This document shows positions 48,292 through 63,074 of a DNA stretch of 64,000 nt, piece after piece (the first letter of the stretch is position 1; the number at the start of each line of letters is the position of its first letter). The notes below the pieces were generated by a model. It did not search any database and was not told where the DNA came from. It saw only the letters and a list, made by a program, of their open reading frames with translations. The translations under genes were made by a program, and so were the position numbers. Source of the DNA: Antedon mediterranea (Eukaryota; Animalia; Echinodermata); contig NC_092670.1 of assembly GCF_964355755.1 (NCBI RefSeq), positions 7,740,201-7,804,200 of the forward strand, written 5' to 3'.

Positions 48292-48381
48292 AGCCCGGCG
48301 CACAGAAGAGCAATCTGCTTAAACGCCAACTGTCGACGAATGAACGCTGGCGTAAGAAGATCGCTCTCCTGTGCGCCGGGT
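48292..48381. mobile_element. Short fold-back MITE (about 90 bp)
   Basis: CCCGGCGCACAGAAGAGCAATCT vs reverse complement of AGATCGCTCTCCTGTGCGCCGGG, 21/23. Confidence 0.7.
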
Positions 48382-51300
48382 GACGCGTATGCTAATTGGG
48401 GTCATCGTAACACAGCGGCAAAGATACGATTTACCTATGTAATACAATTATCAAGAACATCGCTGATACCATTACTAAATAGAAGGAGGAAGATTGCATT
48501 ATATGAAGTTAATTGTGGATAGAAATGTCTTGGAGTTTCATCTGTCAGGATCAATCGCTGTCTTTGCTTTATCATTCATGTCCTAGGGGTGAAATGCAAA
48601 AGACAGTGCACGATGTTACATTACACAAACAAACATCTCTGTATAGTATCCACCATGCTGGGATCGATGCAAATCTCTGTGGTAATCCTCAGTCTACAGG
48701 GAAGACTTTGGCCTAATCTACTTGCTATGTTCTAAACTAACACTGAACATTTTCTAAACCACGTGAAGTAAATGGAAAGTCCATAGGTAATTCTGTGTTT
48801 ATCTTCTGGATCTATTGGTTTACTTTGCTAATGTTTGACCATTTTGCAAATACATCGTTTTATTGTTTTTACATTTGCATCTACAGTACATTACCGGTGG
48901 ATATGACTTCTATCATTTGCTTAGCATTAGATATCTTAGCTATAGTACTGTTGGGCTGATAAATATTAATTTTAAGTTTATAAGTTATTTTCGTCCACTA
49001 ATACCAGAAATGGATTTCAGAATTCCGAAGAACATGATTTGTATTTCAAGTATCAATTTGACGGATTATATTGTTTGTGTTTCTACGCAACGCAAACGAT
49101 TTCAAATTACATTCGCTATGTACTTTACAAATACGGATTAACACAATACATGTGGATTATAATTAAGTATACATCATCCATATAATATTTACTTTGATTT
49201 GTTTCTGATAGAGATGTACATCAAGCAATACTTGGAATTCTAAATTGATTCAGTATAATTAGAACCACGAGAGAGAATAACTACACATATGGAAAAGTTG
49301 AAATTCAAATAATTGTCGGTCATCACAGCTGAGTCAAGAATACTAATCTTTATTTGAATATTCACCTTTGTGGTACACGATAACAAAAATACTCCAAATA
49401 CTTTATTAAAAATAATGGAATGATAAAGTAACATAACATTCATAAACAATTGAAATAACAAGCAATGTGTTTTAAATACAGCATTGATATATTAAATAAG
49501 ATAGAAAAGATGAAGATGTAGGTAACAATTCATGGAAACTAATAAAAGGATGAGAGTGACTAGCAAGAGTCACGTTGCTTCCTTACTCAGTACAGACTTA
49601 TTTCTCTAGTATTATATACACAATGTTATTCTGTATTTACCTAAACTAAAGAATATCCATGACACTAACTTTACATATGACAATGTTTCAAGGAATTTTT
49701 CTATGGTAATTGACGGTGTTTCTAATACAACCTTTAGTAGTCTTAATTATCATATCTTTTGTTAAATGCTACTACCTTGTGAGAAAAGGTCATCGGATTT
49801 TAATTAAAATGAAAATCAAGCGTATTTTAGGTAATTACGTAACTCTTTATTTGTGTCTCACCATCAGGTTGTTTATATGACGTCATTCCCGACAAATCTC
49901 TCGGACACAAGTTATTTCGAGACAAATATTACGTAATATTAAGTAAGGGTTTAATTCAAAATAAATCTCTCATACTGACACCTTTTCTTTGAGACTAACA
50001 GAAGTATAAGGTTCGTACCGAATCATTAAAATGTTTTACAAAGCTTCAATAGTCTAAAGTTGGGATGAGGCGTATCTATGGAAAAGTGTGTTATTAAACA
50101 CAGATTTAATGCTTAATAGGTTACCATGGTAAACGTTAGTTTGCAACGCCATGGGCTTTTGCTAATTGTCTTTTCAAAATGTCGCATCCTCTTTGTTTAT
50201 CCTCGTTTCTGCTATATCCACTTAAATCATTTTATTCATATAAACTTATCAACAGATCGTTTATTATGGAAATATATGCAGAAATATAAATCATAATAAT
50301 AAAAAACTAATTGTTGACACTTAAATTGGTTTTATTATTTAGATGATCAATCATTATCTCTCGGTAAATCTATATTCCATTCATTACACCCAATCTGGAT
50401 TGTTCAACAATATCATATACTTTCTCAATCGAACGTCTAAAACAAGGTATAAATGCTAACAGCATTAATTTTATTTATAAGAAGAAAGCTTGTATGCTAG
50501 ACATTGTATTAATTGACCATAACTAAAGGTTATAGCGCCTACTTCAGTCGTTTTTAGAGTATGAGTGTCTTAGATATTTCTGATTTCCCAACATGAATGT
50601 TCATAACCAATCTGATAAAGTGTCGATATAAGAAGTTGCAATAAACATAATTAAATACGAATTGCTTTTAAAGCAAATGGCGTATTCATTAGAACTTTTG
50701 GATGGTTCTAAAAATAGAAAACTACAAAGAGTGTTTTTTTTTAAAGCAGTTTTTCTATCAAAGTCGTCACGACAAAAACACTCTTGCTTATTTATATCTG
50801 GAGTACCAATTTAAACATGAGGCAGAGCTTAAACTCTCTATTGGAATATCATTGGAAATGTGTACATCTTAAAAATGATTACAGGAAAAAGCTCATTGGT
50901 ATTGATGGAATAAAAACGACATTTATTTTCCTTACTTTATCTATGCCTCTTTCATAAAAAAATACATGAGCGTTAAAAAAAACGTCATTATTACAATCTT
51001 CTGTCACATCATAAAGATAGTTTGTCGAAATTAAATTGAAAATGCATTTATCATGTCAACAAACCGGGCCATGTGAAGATTTACAAAAATCAGCTAGAAA
51101 CGGTGAAGAAATCGAATATTGTGAAGATTTAATTATATTACTCTATCGTTAGTCATATAATACTTTGGCAAAACCAACACACATTTTCCCAATAATCTGT
51201 GCCTTGACAAGCATTAGCAAACGGTTTGTCACATAAACATCTTCGTCGTTGCATCTCGAGTAACATTATAAAAATATAGCGACGCACGAGGCCAGCTTCG

Positions 51301-51434
51301 GGAGGAAAACTCTACTCGTTTCCCCCTCACGAATTCCATAATTTACAGGTTAGCATACTGTATAATTTTTTTATTATTATTTAGTCTCACGTTGATTTTC
51401 AATTAGTTAAAGGATATTGGTCTTTCTTTAAAAA

Positions 51435-51548
51435 AACAAAAAGGCTATATATATGGCCGCATTCGCGTGCGCAAATTTGAGTTAGTGTTTACCGACCGAC
51501 CGACCGACATAGTGAGCTGTAAAGTCGCGTTTGCAGGCGACTAAAAAA
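51435..51548. mobile_element. Minimal Helentron-like element (third copy)
   Basis: AAAAAGGCTATATATATGGCC-GCATTCGCGTGC...TTAGTGTTTA(CCGA)4CATAGTGAGCTGTAAAGTCGCGTTTGCAGGCGACTAAAAAA. Confidence 0.7.
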
Positions 51549-51924
51549 TAAATTACTATTAGTAGCCTAAAATGCGCGTAAAACCACATAATGTGTCAAC
51601 TTTTTTAAAATCTTTCACGCACATTTATTGTAGTTTCTTCTCATTTTTATTAACATGACATAACTAGGTATTTATGAATATTCTTAATTACACTTAATTT
51701 AAACCACTGTGTAATATTCATAAAATGTCATTCTTAAAACGATAAAGTAACATTTTGGGCATTAAAATAAATTAGACTCTATACATATGAAGCTATAGAA
51801 GAACCGGTGATAAAATAATTATTTAAATATACATTATAAATATTTTATTTATATATTTAAAATTGTATTATACAGATAATTGAACAAATTTTAGAAATTA
51901 AAACAGTGTAAAATAATTTAGAAT

Positions 51925-52292
51925 GTGTCAACATTGGAACTGCCTTCCTTTACCGATGTGCACCTAGAACACCTCCAGAAAGATTTCGAACGCATTGAGT
52001 CGGATGCCTCTCATCCTCTCCACAAAGTGATCATAGACCAACTTAATCCAAGTGGTAGATTGAGGCTCCTCAGTGTGAAAACAAATCGATTTGCTAAATC
52101 CTTTATTCCCTCCGGTATCATCCAGTACAACAGGAAGTCAAGAAGATAATTTTATATTGTAATTTTTTAGATGTTTTTATATGAATGGTTTTATGCTATA
52201 TTTGTTTTTATAGTGTTTTCTTTGTTATTATGACGAGCAATGAATTTCCTTTTTGAGGATCAATAAAAGTTATCTTATCTTATCTTATCTTA
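51925..52292 (+). mobile_element. 5'-truncated Rex1/Babar-clade LINE (ORF2 C-terminus, 3' UTR, tail)
   Basis: Translation IESDASHPLH...LNPSGRLR...KTNRFAKSFIPSGIIQYN matches the Rex1/Babar C-terminal pattern D-x-SHP-x-H...PSGR...T-x-RF-x-x-SF-x-P. T-rich UTR, AATAAA (52262), (TTATC)n tail. Confidence 0.85.
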
Positions 52293-53989
52293 AATACAAA
52301 ATATTGATTTATAAAAGAAAATTATTTTAGGATGTTTTTCAAAGAAATTCGTATTAATAATGCGCATGAAATAAAATATTTCAACAAAAATAATAATTTA
52401 TGAAAAAAAAAACATTGACATTTATATTTTAAAATAAAATGATATATGAAAGATTGAATTGGTATATATTATTTTCAATTTTTACTGAACAAAATAGGAT
52501 TATTGTTGAAATAGAATGTTTAAAATAGGCCACTGAGAGTGTTTTGGTAATTTGTATTTTGTGTAATCATCATGATTACCCTTTAATTGTAATCTGTTGC
52601 CATAGCATAAAGACAGATTTACCTAAATTGTAAAAACACAAACGACGATTCAACCAGTCTATGTTAAGTTTATATTTAATAAATTGAACTTGCAATAATG
52701 TATCGATTATATTACATTTATCGAAGTATCGATTACTTCAGGGGATGTCCATGCCAGTTTAATAGGAAAACAAGGATTTGAATTCACTTGAGATCACTAC
52801 ATTGACACTACAAAGTATAGTGTCGTTGTATCTTCTTTGTCACACGATAATCTTCTTTGAGTATTGTAATGATTTCCCGATTTGTAGTCAGATATCCTAA
52901 CGGTCAGTGATGTAACATTAGCAAACCACATTATAAGTCTATTCGCCGCATCAATTAACGATTTCTAGATGTGTGTATTCAAAGTAGCACTCGAGTGACA
53001 TTAAAATTACAAATTATAACCTGTAAGTTTATAACTTATATTTGGCTAAATAATATGATGTTGAAGATTCTACTACACAATCCTTTATCCTGATTAGACG
53101 AATAATTGATTGCAGCCTTTATCCAGGACAGAGTTAATAAAACTGTTGTCAGTGGAGGGACATTAAATTAAATAAAATTCATGTCTAATTATGCGCAATT
53201 AAAAAAAGAAAAAATACGTGTAGTAGAACATTCGTAATTGTTTCCATTCAAAACTCGCATACTTTTTAATCTTCAGATATTTTCTTACATCCTCATTTTA
53301 ACATCAATAGCATTAGGCCTATAATTCTATATTTAGAATGATTGACAGTTAATCTATCATTTATACCTTATTTTGTATCTCACGTTTATTGAATGTCTAC
53401 ATTAACAGGCCATTAAGAGTTTGGTTGTTTGGTGTCGGTAGACTGGGGACAGCGTAAACATATGTATTATTCGATATGCTTGAAGGCGGTGGAAGTTATT
53501 AAAGTAAGGCTCTTATTACGGAGTGGTTTTGTATTTCTCTCTTTACCTTTAAATTAGGCTATTATTGGTGTTCGAATATCGAAATGTGTAATCGGAGCTC
53601 GCGTGTTTCCAGTTGTCAATTGGCGACGACGACAATTCCATTTCCGTTTTTTCTAGGGAAAAATCTAAAAAGTATCGAATGTTCAAATGACACTAAATAC
53701 ACTTTACAATCGAATGATATAAGTTCGATGTAATATATACAGTCTACTGTGCACAACGGGTTAGACATTGAAGAAGACAGGCGTCTAAAATCACCAACTT
53801 AGCACTAACATAAACTTAATCTTATATAATAGCATCATCGTACGATAACCACTTATCTATCCTTTTCCGAACGTCGTTAATGATGATCCAAAGCAAATAC
53901 AATAGAATAAGCAACAGCAGGAATTAAGTGCTGATCAAACTCTAACTTTTGTGTGTGAAGACATATTGTAAAATAAAAGTTCCATGATT

Positions 53990-54700
53990 TTCTTATTATT
54001 TTATTGCACTTGTTAGACTGCAAACTGAGTCTAAGAAGTTCAGTGAGCTTAAACTTTCTTGGTATTTCATTGCGCTTGTTCGACTGCGGAGTCTAGGAAG
54101 TTCAGTGAGTTTAAACTTTCTTGGTATTTCATTGCGCTTGTTCGACTGCGGAGCCTAAGAAGTTCCGCGAGTCTAAACTTTCTTGGCATTTCATTGCGCT
54201 TGTTAGACTGTGGAGTCTAAGAAGTTCCGTGAGTCTAAACTTTCTCGGCATTTCATTGCGCTTGTTAGACTGCAGAGCCTAAGAAGTTCCGTGAGTCTAA
54301 ACTTTCTCGGCATTTCATTGCGCTTGTTTGACTGCAGAGCCTAAGAAGTTCCGTGAGTCTAAACTTTCTTGGTATTTTATTACGCTTGTTAGACTGCAGA
54401 GTCTAAGAAGTTCCGCGAGTCTAAACTTTCTTGATATCATTGCGCTTGTTAGACTGCAGAGCCTAAGAAGTTCCGTGAGTCTAAACTGTATTGGTATTTC
54501 ATTGCGCTTGTTAGACTGCGGAGTCTATGTCATTACTATTAACTTGCCTGAAATTGTCTTGCGCTTTTCGACTGCTGAGCCTAAAACGTGCCGTGACTCT
54601 TATAAACGTGCTTAAAATATTTCAATGCGCATGGTTGACTGCGGAGCCTAAAAAGTGTCTTGACTCTATTACTTTCTTGATATTTCATTGCGCTGCGGAG
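53990..54700. repeat. 62-bp minisatellite, about 11 copies
   Basis: Unit CATTGCGCTTGTTAGACTGCAGAG(C/T)CTAAGAAGTTCCGTGAGTCTAAACTTTCTTGGTATTT, with internal hairpin TTAGACT-GCAG-AGTCTAA. Confidence 0.95.
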
Positions 54701-55079
54701 CATATTAGTCGTGATATTTCAGGAAATGAACAGTTATTAGCAAGGATTACACGGCGTTTTACACGCTATTTAACAGAGCAATTTGTTGTTGGTCTTACAA
54801 TCTTCTAAGAATCAATCAGGATGCGGTACTACTATTAATACGAAAAACGTATAAAAACAAGGACAGGAGTTCAGCTAACAGTATCAAAGAAGCATTAAGA
54901 TGATAAACTATTAGTCTGATAATATCATTATACAGTATTAGATTCATAATGGTATTACTTATTGCAGAAGCAAATTGAGAGGCATGTTTTTGCATAGTTG
55001 ACAATCTATTTCACTTTAATTAGGATCTCGGAATATGAATAGAACATCGTCGCTATTGTTTAGAATTCCCTTAATCAGT

Positions 55080-55192
55080 CTAACGTTTATGTATAATAGT
55101 GATTAGAGGGCCCCAGTGGAAAGCAGTGATTTCACTGATCTGGGTTACCCTCTTTAAAGAAGACTAATACAAAAAAAAAATAAATAAATAAA
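55080..55192 (+). mobile_element. Severely 5'-truncated L2/CR1-type retroposon 3' end with A-rich tail and 7-bp TSD
   Basis: AATCAGT at 55073-55079 and 55193-55199. Stem-loop GAGGGCCCCAG...CTGGGTTACCCTC (55106-55152). Tail A10-(TAAA)n. Confidence 0.7.
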
Positions 55193-58100
55193 AATCAGTA
55201 CATAATTATTATCATTTTAATAATACAATATCGTCGCTATTGTTTAGAATTCCCTTCTTCCTTGTTAATTTCCCCCACCCCCATTAGTTAGTGAAGGCCA
55301 AATCATGCAATCAATTAAGACGTTTGAGCCAATCAGAAATAAGAATTTTGATCACGTGTGCTATAAATTCGATATGCTGTCTAAAACCACATGCATGAAT
55401 TGATATAATGTTCAGAAGTTTAAGAAGCAAAACCTTGAATGAGATGCCTATGTAAAATTATTTTAAATACTTATTTTAAAACATATTGTTATTATGCATA
55501 TATTGAAATATGTGAGCTTAACGTCCTATCCGAAGTACGCAGCATGATCATAGATCATCTGGCGGGGGTACTGTAAGTTTGAAGTAAGTTCGGTGGGCAT
55601 ATTATTTGGAATTCGCTGCATGGTAATACAAATATGGACACTGACATTAATTTTAAAATGCCCAGATATAATATTTAATCAGAAATCAAATATCTCTATA
55701 TACACAAACTAACGACGAAAACGCCTCCTTTAAAAACATCTGTTTTGTATAGTGATATCAATATACGATAAGGATAAACTAATATGCATCTGTTCATAAA
55801 AAAATAAGGTAAATTCATTAAAACGTACGGTATGTTAGCTAAGCTCGTGTTAACCACAACATAAGTAGAACAGTATAGTTGGAATATCGAAGCCATTCCA
55901 CCAGTAAGTGTCACTTTCTTGACAAGTACGTGTTCTCGCTGAGCTGATGGATAATTTCACGAATCGATATTGAAATATAAAAAATGGCATGCGGTATCTG
56001 TTCTATTATCCATGAGCTGCTGTTACTAATTATACTGAATCACTTTTAAAAGAGCTCAAAAGTAGGCGTATTAGCGGGGGTGGTGTATCCCCATACTCCG
56101 GTTTGGGTGCTAGCTTGTTGTTTTTGTCTTTTTGTTCTCTTGCTTTTGTTTTCCACTCAAAAACTACAGGCAGCGTACAGTTGGCTAAAGACACGTCGTA
56201 TCCGTTATCCTAGCGACAATAAACAAGCTGCCCTGGACATAGTATCGTGTCTTTTTTTAAAACGTGCACGATGCTGCAGACTGCCAGCGTGTTACATGTC
56301 TTTAAAATTAAACTATGTTAAAACATTTTAAATTTAAATTAATTAACTAGTAATTAGAATATGCGCTTTGACTAACATTGAGGTCATTGCTGACATAATT
56401 ATGCTATCAATTCAAATTGACTTTGACTTGTATGTAGATTTAAAAACCACGTATGTGGTATCAGAGAAATAATATAATCAGAATTTAAAACGCATGGTCA
56501 GATATAAAGCACAATCTGATTTGCTGTAAATAATGTCACCATTTGTATTATTTGTATATCATTGTACCTCTGAAAACATAATTGTTTAATTCAACTAAAT
56601 ATCAGAAAAAAAATGGATTGGAAGAAAAGCGATACAATTTTAGTTGTTTAATTGTTTTAATTTAATTTAATTGAATGTCGAGGATTTTGTTATTTCAATC
56701 AAATGTATATTTAAAAAAACATAATAGGCTACAGTACAAACATTATGCAATTATAAGAGGGCGTCTATAGGCCTACGTACAAATAAACACGTTTATTAGG
56801 CATATATTATTTGTCTCGTGTGTAAATGCATTAGTAATCCACAATTCTTTAATTAATACAATACACGAGCTTCAGCAATTGTTTTCTTTTTTTGTATTTA
56901 GCTAACGTTATATGAATTAGTATATTAATCCATTCCTTCAGTATTACATTCATATATTATCGTAAAATAATGCTGTAAATTTATTTTAAAACATCATTGA
57001 CACCGACACAAAACAATTAGATACACAGACGATAAATCAGAAAAAAAGTAGGTCTTATAAAATAATTTAAAATTCCAATTTACATTCAATTTATTTTTAC
57101 TGCATTTCACGGACCGCAAACCGATACAAATGATAAACTTTAAATGTAATTAATCATTAAAACCATATTGACAACCTCATTTGATAATTATGCTTAGTAT
57201 TGTCGCATAAAAAAACAATAATTGTTAAGTAAAGCTAAATTCGCTTGTTCCGTCCGTTTTCATGAAATGGAAAACGGCGCCGTCTTTCTTTCCGTGAAAC
57301 GAAACTAGATTAGATCAAGATCAAGAATTGTTAAATTCATAACAGAATTATTGACAATTATATTATCGGATGAAAATAAACAAATCGAGAAAAACCCTTT
57401 CCAAAACCTCTTACTTAAGAGAAAGAAAGTGTTTGGTTCACTGCTTTTTTTTACCCTTTTAACCTTTATATCTTAATACGATCTTCTCTCATTGAGTTAC
57501 ATAGTAATGTGAATCCTTTTGCAGGGATGAATCAGAAATGAAATTGTTGACAGATTATCTGACTAGAGGAGAACTGTGTTGTTGGTAAAGAAGACTACAT
57601 TTAGATTATTTATTTTTAGGTTATAACATAACAATTAGTTCATTGTTGTTCCGGAAAACGTTAAATAGTCAATTGTTCCTATATAATGGAAGTAGGTGAA
57701 ATATTTTGTATGTATTTTGTTTCCATGAAAATGGAAGTTTATACGTAAAAAAGTAAGCAAGTAAGGACTATGCTTGTTGCTGTTTCAAAATGAGAATGTT
57801 TTAAATACATACTGATCTTGCAGCATTGACTAGGCCCAATAACTGAAACAAGAACAGGTAAACCACCTATAGCACTATACTAAAACATATCACAAGAAAT
57901 AATGTTCACTTAAATACTGTTCCATTGTACATAACATAAATCCTTCAACGTATTTTTGAAGTTTTTTTTTAAACCAAGTCTAACTTAAAGTTCAAATTGT
58001 TCTCAGTTCTCACATGCCTTCAGAAACAAACACATTTTTTAAATCCCCGTTCCTATGCCAAAAAAAATAAAGGAAATCCCTATTTTTTATTCAGTTTGTA

Positions 58101-61100
58101 AAACAAGAAAGACAACTTTTTTGGAGTCCTCAGACTCTAAATTCAATAAACCCATATAATTATATTTTATGGCTTGCAAGACAAACCTTGCATTTGTTTA
58201 AAACAATTATGAGTTCGTACCGTATGCTATTGAAGATAGAGTGCGAGAATTGAAATTAAAATGAGCATTTTGAATGCATTAAATGACACATGGTAACGTA
58301 CAAAGAAAAAAATGATTATTTAATGCTGAAATAATTTTTATGGAAGTGGGTATAATTTCAAAATTGGTTGATGATATCAGAAATTATACATCATTATTTT
58401 AATCAATATGAAGGTCTAAACGTAACCTTTTGTATGTAATGTTTATTGTCTGTATTGCTTCTAAATAACAAGTTATATAACATAAATAATATATACATAC
58501 GTTAAGAAAATCAATGCTTCTAAGACCGTCTGTATCCTGACAAACGTCGTTTTCTCAAACAGTGTTAGCTTAACCAAAGTTGATCTCTTTTAAATGTGAA
58601 TTGTCAATGATAAAACCAAGAAAACGTGCTGAGAATTCACTTACTACGAAACAGTTATCGCCCGCTAAACAATAAACGTAAACTAACTTTATTCTCCGTT
58701 GTATGTTTTATAATCTCACCTCTCTAGATATTTGCGTTTGTCTTGGTCGAGAGTCAGAATATAAGTAACAGATACAATTATCAAAGGGCAACTTCGGCTC
58801 TGTACAAACGAATAAAATGCGCCCTCTATAGTCACTCAGTCTCTAGAGTCTAATAATCGATTTTATAGTCAATCTTAACTATTACATTTTCAATTTCAAG
58901 TGATTGGTTTATGTGTGAGCATTTTCAAATTTTATTTCACTAATTTACCTTTGGTATTCTATACTTTTATGAGTGATGGTTATTAACGAACGTTAGACAT
59001 GTCCTATTTTTATGTTACATTTCTTAAATTTAACAATGCTACAGTATTGTATAATTTAAAAAGAAAAGAAGAACAATTGTGCACGGGAATTAGCTATTTT
59101 CTATGTTTGCCTTCGATTACTTTTCCTGCTTCGAATGTACAAAAACAAAATACATGCGACTATCGTGCGAGTCATTATTATATTATTTACAGTACTGAGC
59201 CGTGCAAAAACAGCGAAATAGATATTATTATCGAAAAAAATATTTCTCTGTAATTTAAAGCAAAAACAAATAAAAAACAGTCAAATTGGCTGCCAGCCAA
59301 TGAGTTAACCGATTATTTTGTCTCTTTATAAATGAAGATTTATTTTTATTCTTTTTTTTTTCTACGGAAAATGATTAACTTTTTGACAAACTATACAACT
59401 GGCCTATTCAAAGCCTAATTTATAAACTGTCATTTTTAATGTTTTCGGGTGACAAAGTATGTATAGGAGTATTATTATTATTATTATCATTTGTTCGTTC
59501 TCTTCTCTAGAGTGGCGGGGGTTTTGCTGAATGGCCGTCGTTGGTTCTCTTGAATGACCGACGCCCTTTATTATATTGTATTAAATATCATATTCAGCAC
59601 ACGTTATGGATGCTTGGTTTTCCGAACCACCTTGGCAATGCCACCGTCCGTCCGCATAGATTACTTCACTTTTGCATGCCTGTGCTACTATATAATGAAA
59701 ATGCATTAATCATTATGGTCTTGTCAAAATCGCTTATATTAAAATAATACAAGAAAGGGTATTACAATTAACGCTTTTTCCTGATGATACTTATAATAAT
59801 AAATAGGCATATTGCAACAGTTTTTGGTAGTAATCTCTAAAATATAACATAAACCCTTCCCTCTAAAGGTTTACTTCTTTTGCTTATATAATAAAGATGA
59901 CATTTCCAAAAATAGAATAAATTTAAATAATTAATTAATTGTTTCACTTTTCAATCATTCCATATAGACGATGAGTGAAGTCTCTTTATTGTTAGCATTT
60001 AATAGCTATACGACCTAACGTCGGTAATCGTAGGTTATGACTTTTACATGTTGTAACTGTTATGATTTTATCATCTCAATGAACTATATTAGTCCTGCCA
60101 GTGCCACCTGGCTAGCACACAGTGAACATAATCATCTAGATATAGATTGACCATGAACACTTTACAAATTATTTTAATTACAGGAATTATAGCGTGACAG
60201 TATATTAATTATAGATTGATAATTATGTCCATCTATGGTCATTCTGTGGTCGTAATTGAACCAAGAGTTCGTTGCCACAGATTACAGCAAAACGCGTCAT
60301 AAAAATGTTTGGTCTAATCACTCCTGCTGTAATAATACAGGTTCATAAGTTTATTTGTGTATGCATAGTCGATCGTTTAGTAAAAAATTTTAACTTTTTA
60401 CGTACGTCATTCTTTACAGTAGGTTATAGCTGGAGTGGAGTTGTGGCTTGGTGGTTATGATGCTTGGCTACCACTCCACGTGTATTGGAAACAAGTCACG
60501 GCACATGTCAGGATGTTTTCTAAGGACAAAATCACAACTCCACTCCCAAAGACTTGTAATAAGACTTTGTTTATGTAGAGCATCTTGCGTATGTTTGTCT
60601 TGTGAACCTCTAAGAGTCCCTAATGGTCAGCAATTGCTGGATGGATCATCCCCATTAAATATATGTTCAATAAATATATTCCATAGGCGGACCCATTGTA
60701 TTTGGGACCCAACAACGTATTCCATGGGAGTTCCTGAATAGAGGTTTTATTTTTTTTAAACTGTCCCTATAATTCGTGTATGCTTAAAGGAGAGGTTAGC
60801 CAAAGATACATTGTACTACAATGCTTAGCCTAACCGTTTTACTAAAGATACTAACGTTTTCTTGCGCATTCATTTTTAAGATTCGCTTCACTTAACTACA
60901 TTAAAAGCAGTATTATTTTACCGTTTAGGCATAGTACTCTGTACTATTTCAATAATTGTGATAATAATATACACAATCGTGTTTTAATGTTATTAAATCT
61001 TGTTTTAATGTTTCACGACACTTTGCCGAACAGTGCAAATTGAAATGAAGCTGCGGTCGATAAGACGCCTATGTGTATTAGTTAAAATAAAACAAAGGTG

Positions 61101-61829
61101 ACACAGTGTTTGACACTGTATTTACTCGATCAGCGTTGAATATCCCTACATATTACAATATTTGCCAAATACTATGAATATTATATAGAATCTCATGTAG
61201 GCCTAAGGTTAGCATAAGGGTTATTTTATGGTATGATACTAAACGATACACGAGAAACACATATGCTGTTGTATTACGATATATTCCTATGATACTGGCG
61301 AAACAGTGATACAGTACGGAGAATTGAGTGGTGTCGTGCTATATATTATTTTATTTTGTATTAAAATACGAATATTTAACCATCGAACAACTTTAAAAAC
61401 AGGTTACGCCTACTACAGCTGCATAACTGACATAACACGCGCTTTGGACATGTTATAATCTATCTCTAATTCGAAAATTTTGATAAATATATCCATTTTG
61501 TTCTTCCTATGAAGACAGTATTTCAGCGTAATGATTATAACCCGCGCCGATCCAATTAAATAAGTTAGCGCGGAAAGATACAAGTTTAACGAATACTTAA
61601 TCCGGTGATACTTAGCGTGGATTGTACTGAATTGATTATTGTCATTATCCACGAGATAGAAACAGCAGTGTAGGATCATCGAGGAATTATCTTTTAATAA
61701 TGAAATGCAGAGATGTAGGAAACTGGTATAAATCATACACATTTTCACAACTGGCCTTCACACGATGGGCACTTAACAATACAAGAAAAATAATAAACAA
61801 CAAGCCTAAATTGTGTTGTAAGTGGTTCG

Positions 61830-62187
61830 TACTACCAGTTGTTTTGCAAACGCAACGGGAAAATCGATTGAAACACTCTAGGCTATTCGTACTTTAAAAA
61901 TATAGGCTGCATTCTTGGAAATTTCCCGCCTGGGTGTACCATATACGTGCGTAGGTATAAATAAAAACATACAGAATATTATAGTTAATAATTACATACT
62001 ACCAGTTGTTTTGCAACGCAACGGGAAAAATCGATTAAAACACTCTATTCGTACTTTAAAAATATAGCCTGTATTCTTGGAAAATTATCTGACGAGAATC
62101 CATAAATTTCCCGCCTGGGTGTATACCATATACGTGCGTAGGTATAAATGGAAACATAGGCCTACGTAGGCCTATTATAGTTAATAA
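61830..62187. repeat. Approx. 165-190-bp tandem duplication
   Basis: TACTACCAGTTGTTTTGCAA...ATTTCCCGCCTGGGTGTA...TTATAGTTAATAAT at 61830-61992 and 61997-62187. Confidence 0.9.
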
Positions 62188-63074
62188 TGACATTACAATA
62201 ATAGTCTATAGTAGTGGGCACGGGGAATGTTAAGATCATTCATTGAATACAGAGGGTGGGTGTGTGAGGTTTTGATGTTGATGTTGGTAGAAAATGTGCT
62301 CACCCCTGAAATAACAGACATTATTGAAGGTTATTACAATGAACTGAACTGTCGATAGGCCTAATAAATGCGCGGCGATGGCTGTATTTTTGCATGCGCC
62401 GGGTTACCATAAAAATACTCTTTTCGTAAAAACAACGACATTACAACGTAAATATAAAATCTGCGACTGAAATAAAAATATCTTTACAGAGAGAGTAATA
62501 ATTTATGCTAAAATATGATCCTTCCCCTACGGTGTTATAGTTTAATATATAACTGAAAAATTGAATTTAAATGATATTGAATAATTACGTTTATCCTGTC
62601 AAATGTACTATGTATATTTATTTTACACGAAGGAATTACCTTGATTACTTTGAATGTACAGTAATGAATCGTAAAGTTATAATTGTATCGCAATTGTTGA
62701 GGGCGACATAACACAACATTATTCGTTCCTAAGAGAAACACTTACCTTAAATTAAAAGTATCCCCTTTCTAAAGTTTATACAAGTCAATGGAAATATTTA
62801 ATTATTTTGAATTAAGTGAAATACTTATATATTTAAGGGAAATATATAACATATCGTCGTCGGCATCACGAAGTGACACTAACCTAAAAATCTGGAATTT
62901 TTGAAAAATTTTTTTCTTCCATATTTTGATTATGTATATCAAACTCTATGTTTTCACAAAATGTAAACATTCAAATATCATTAATTAACTAATTACATTA
63001 ATTAGACAATATCAAAAAACACCATCATATGGAATTTGCGTTTTTACGAAGTGACACTAAATATTAATTACCCG

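Noticed and set aside
51925-52149. 74-aa ORF as a host gene
   Set aside because: It is the C-terminal stub of a Rex1/Babar LINE ORF2 followed by its 3' tail.
54328-54808. 95-aa and 93-aa ORFs
   Set aside because: Derived from the 62-bp minisatellite, whose unit is not a multiple of 3.
56000-61800. Scattered 60-111-aa ORFs
   Set aside because: Composition typical of random AT-rich ORFs, mostly non-ATG starts, no domains and no consistent exon chain.
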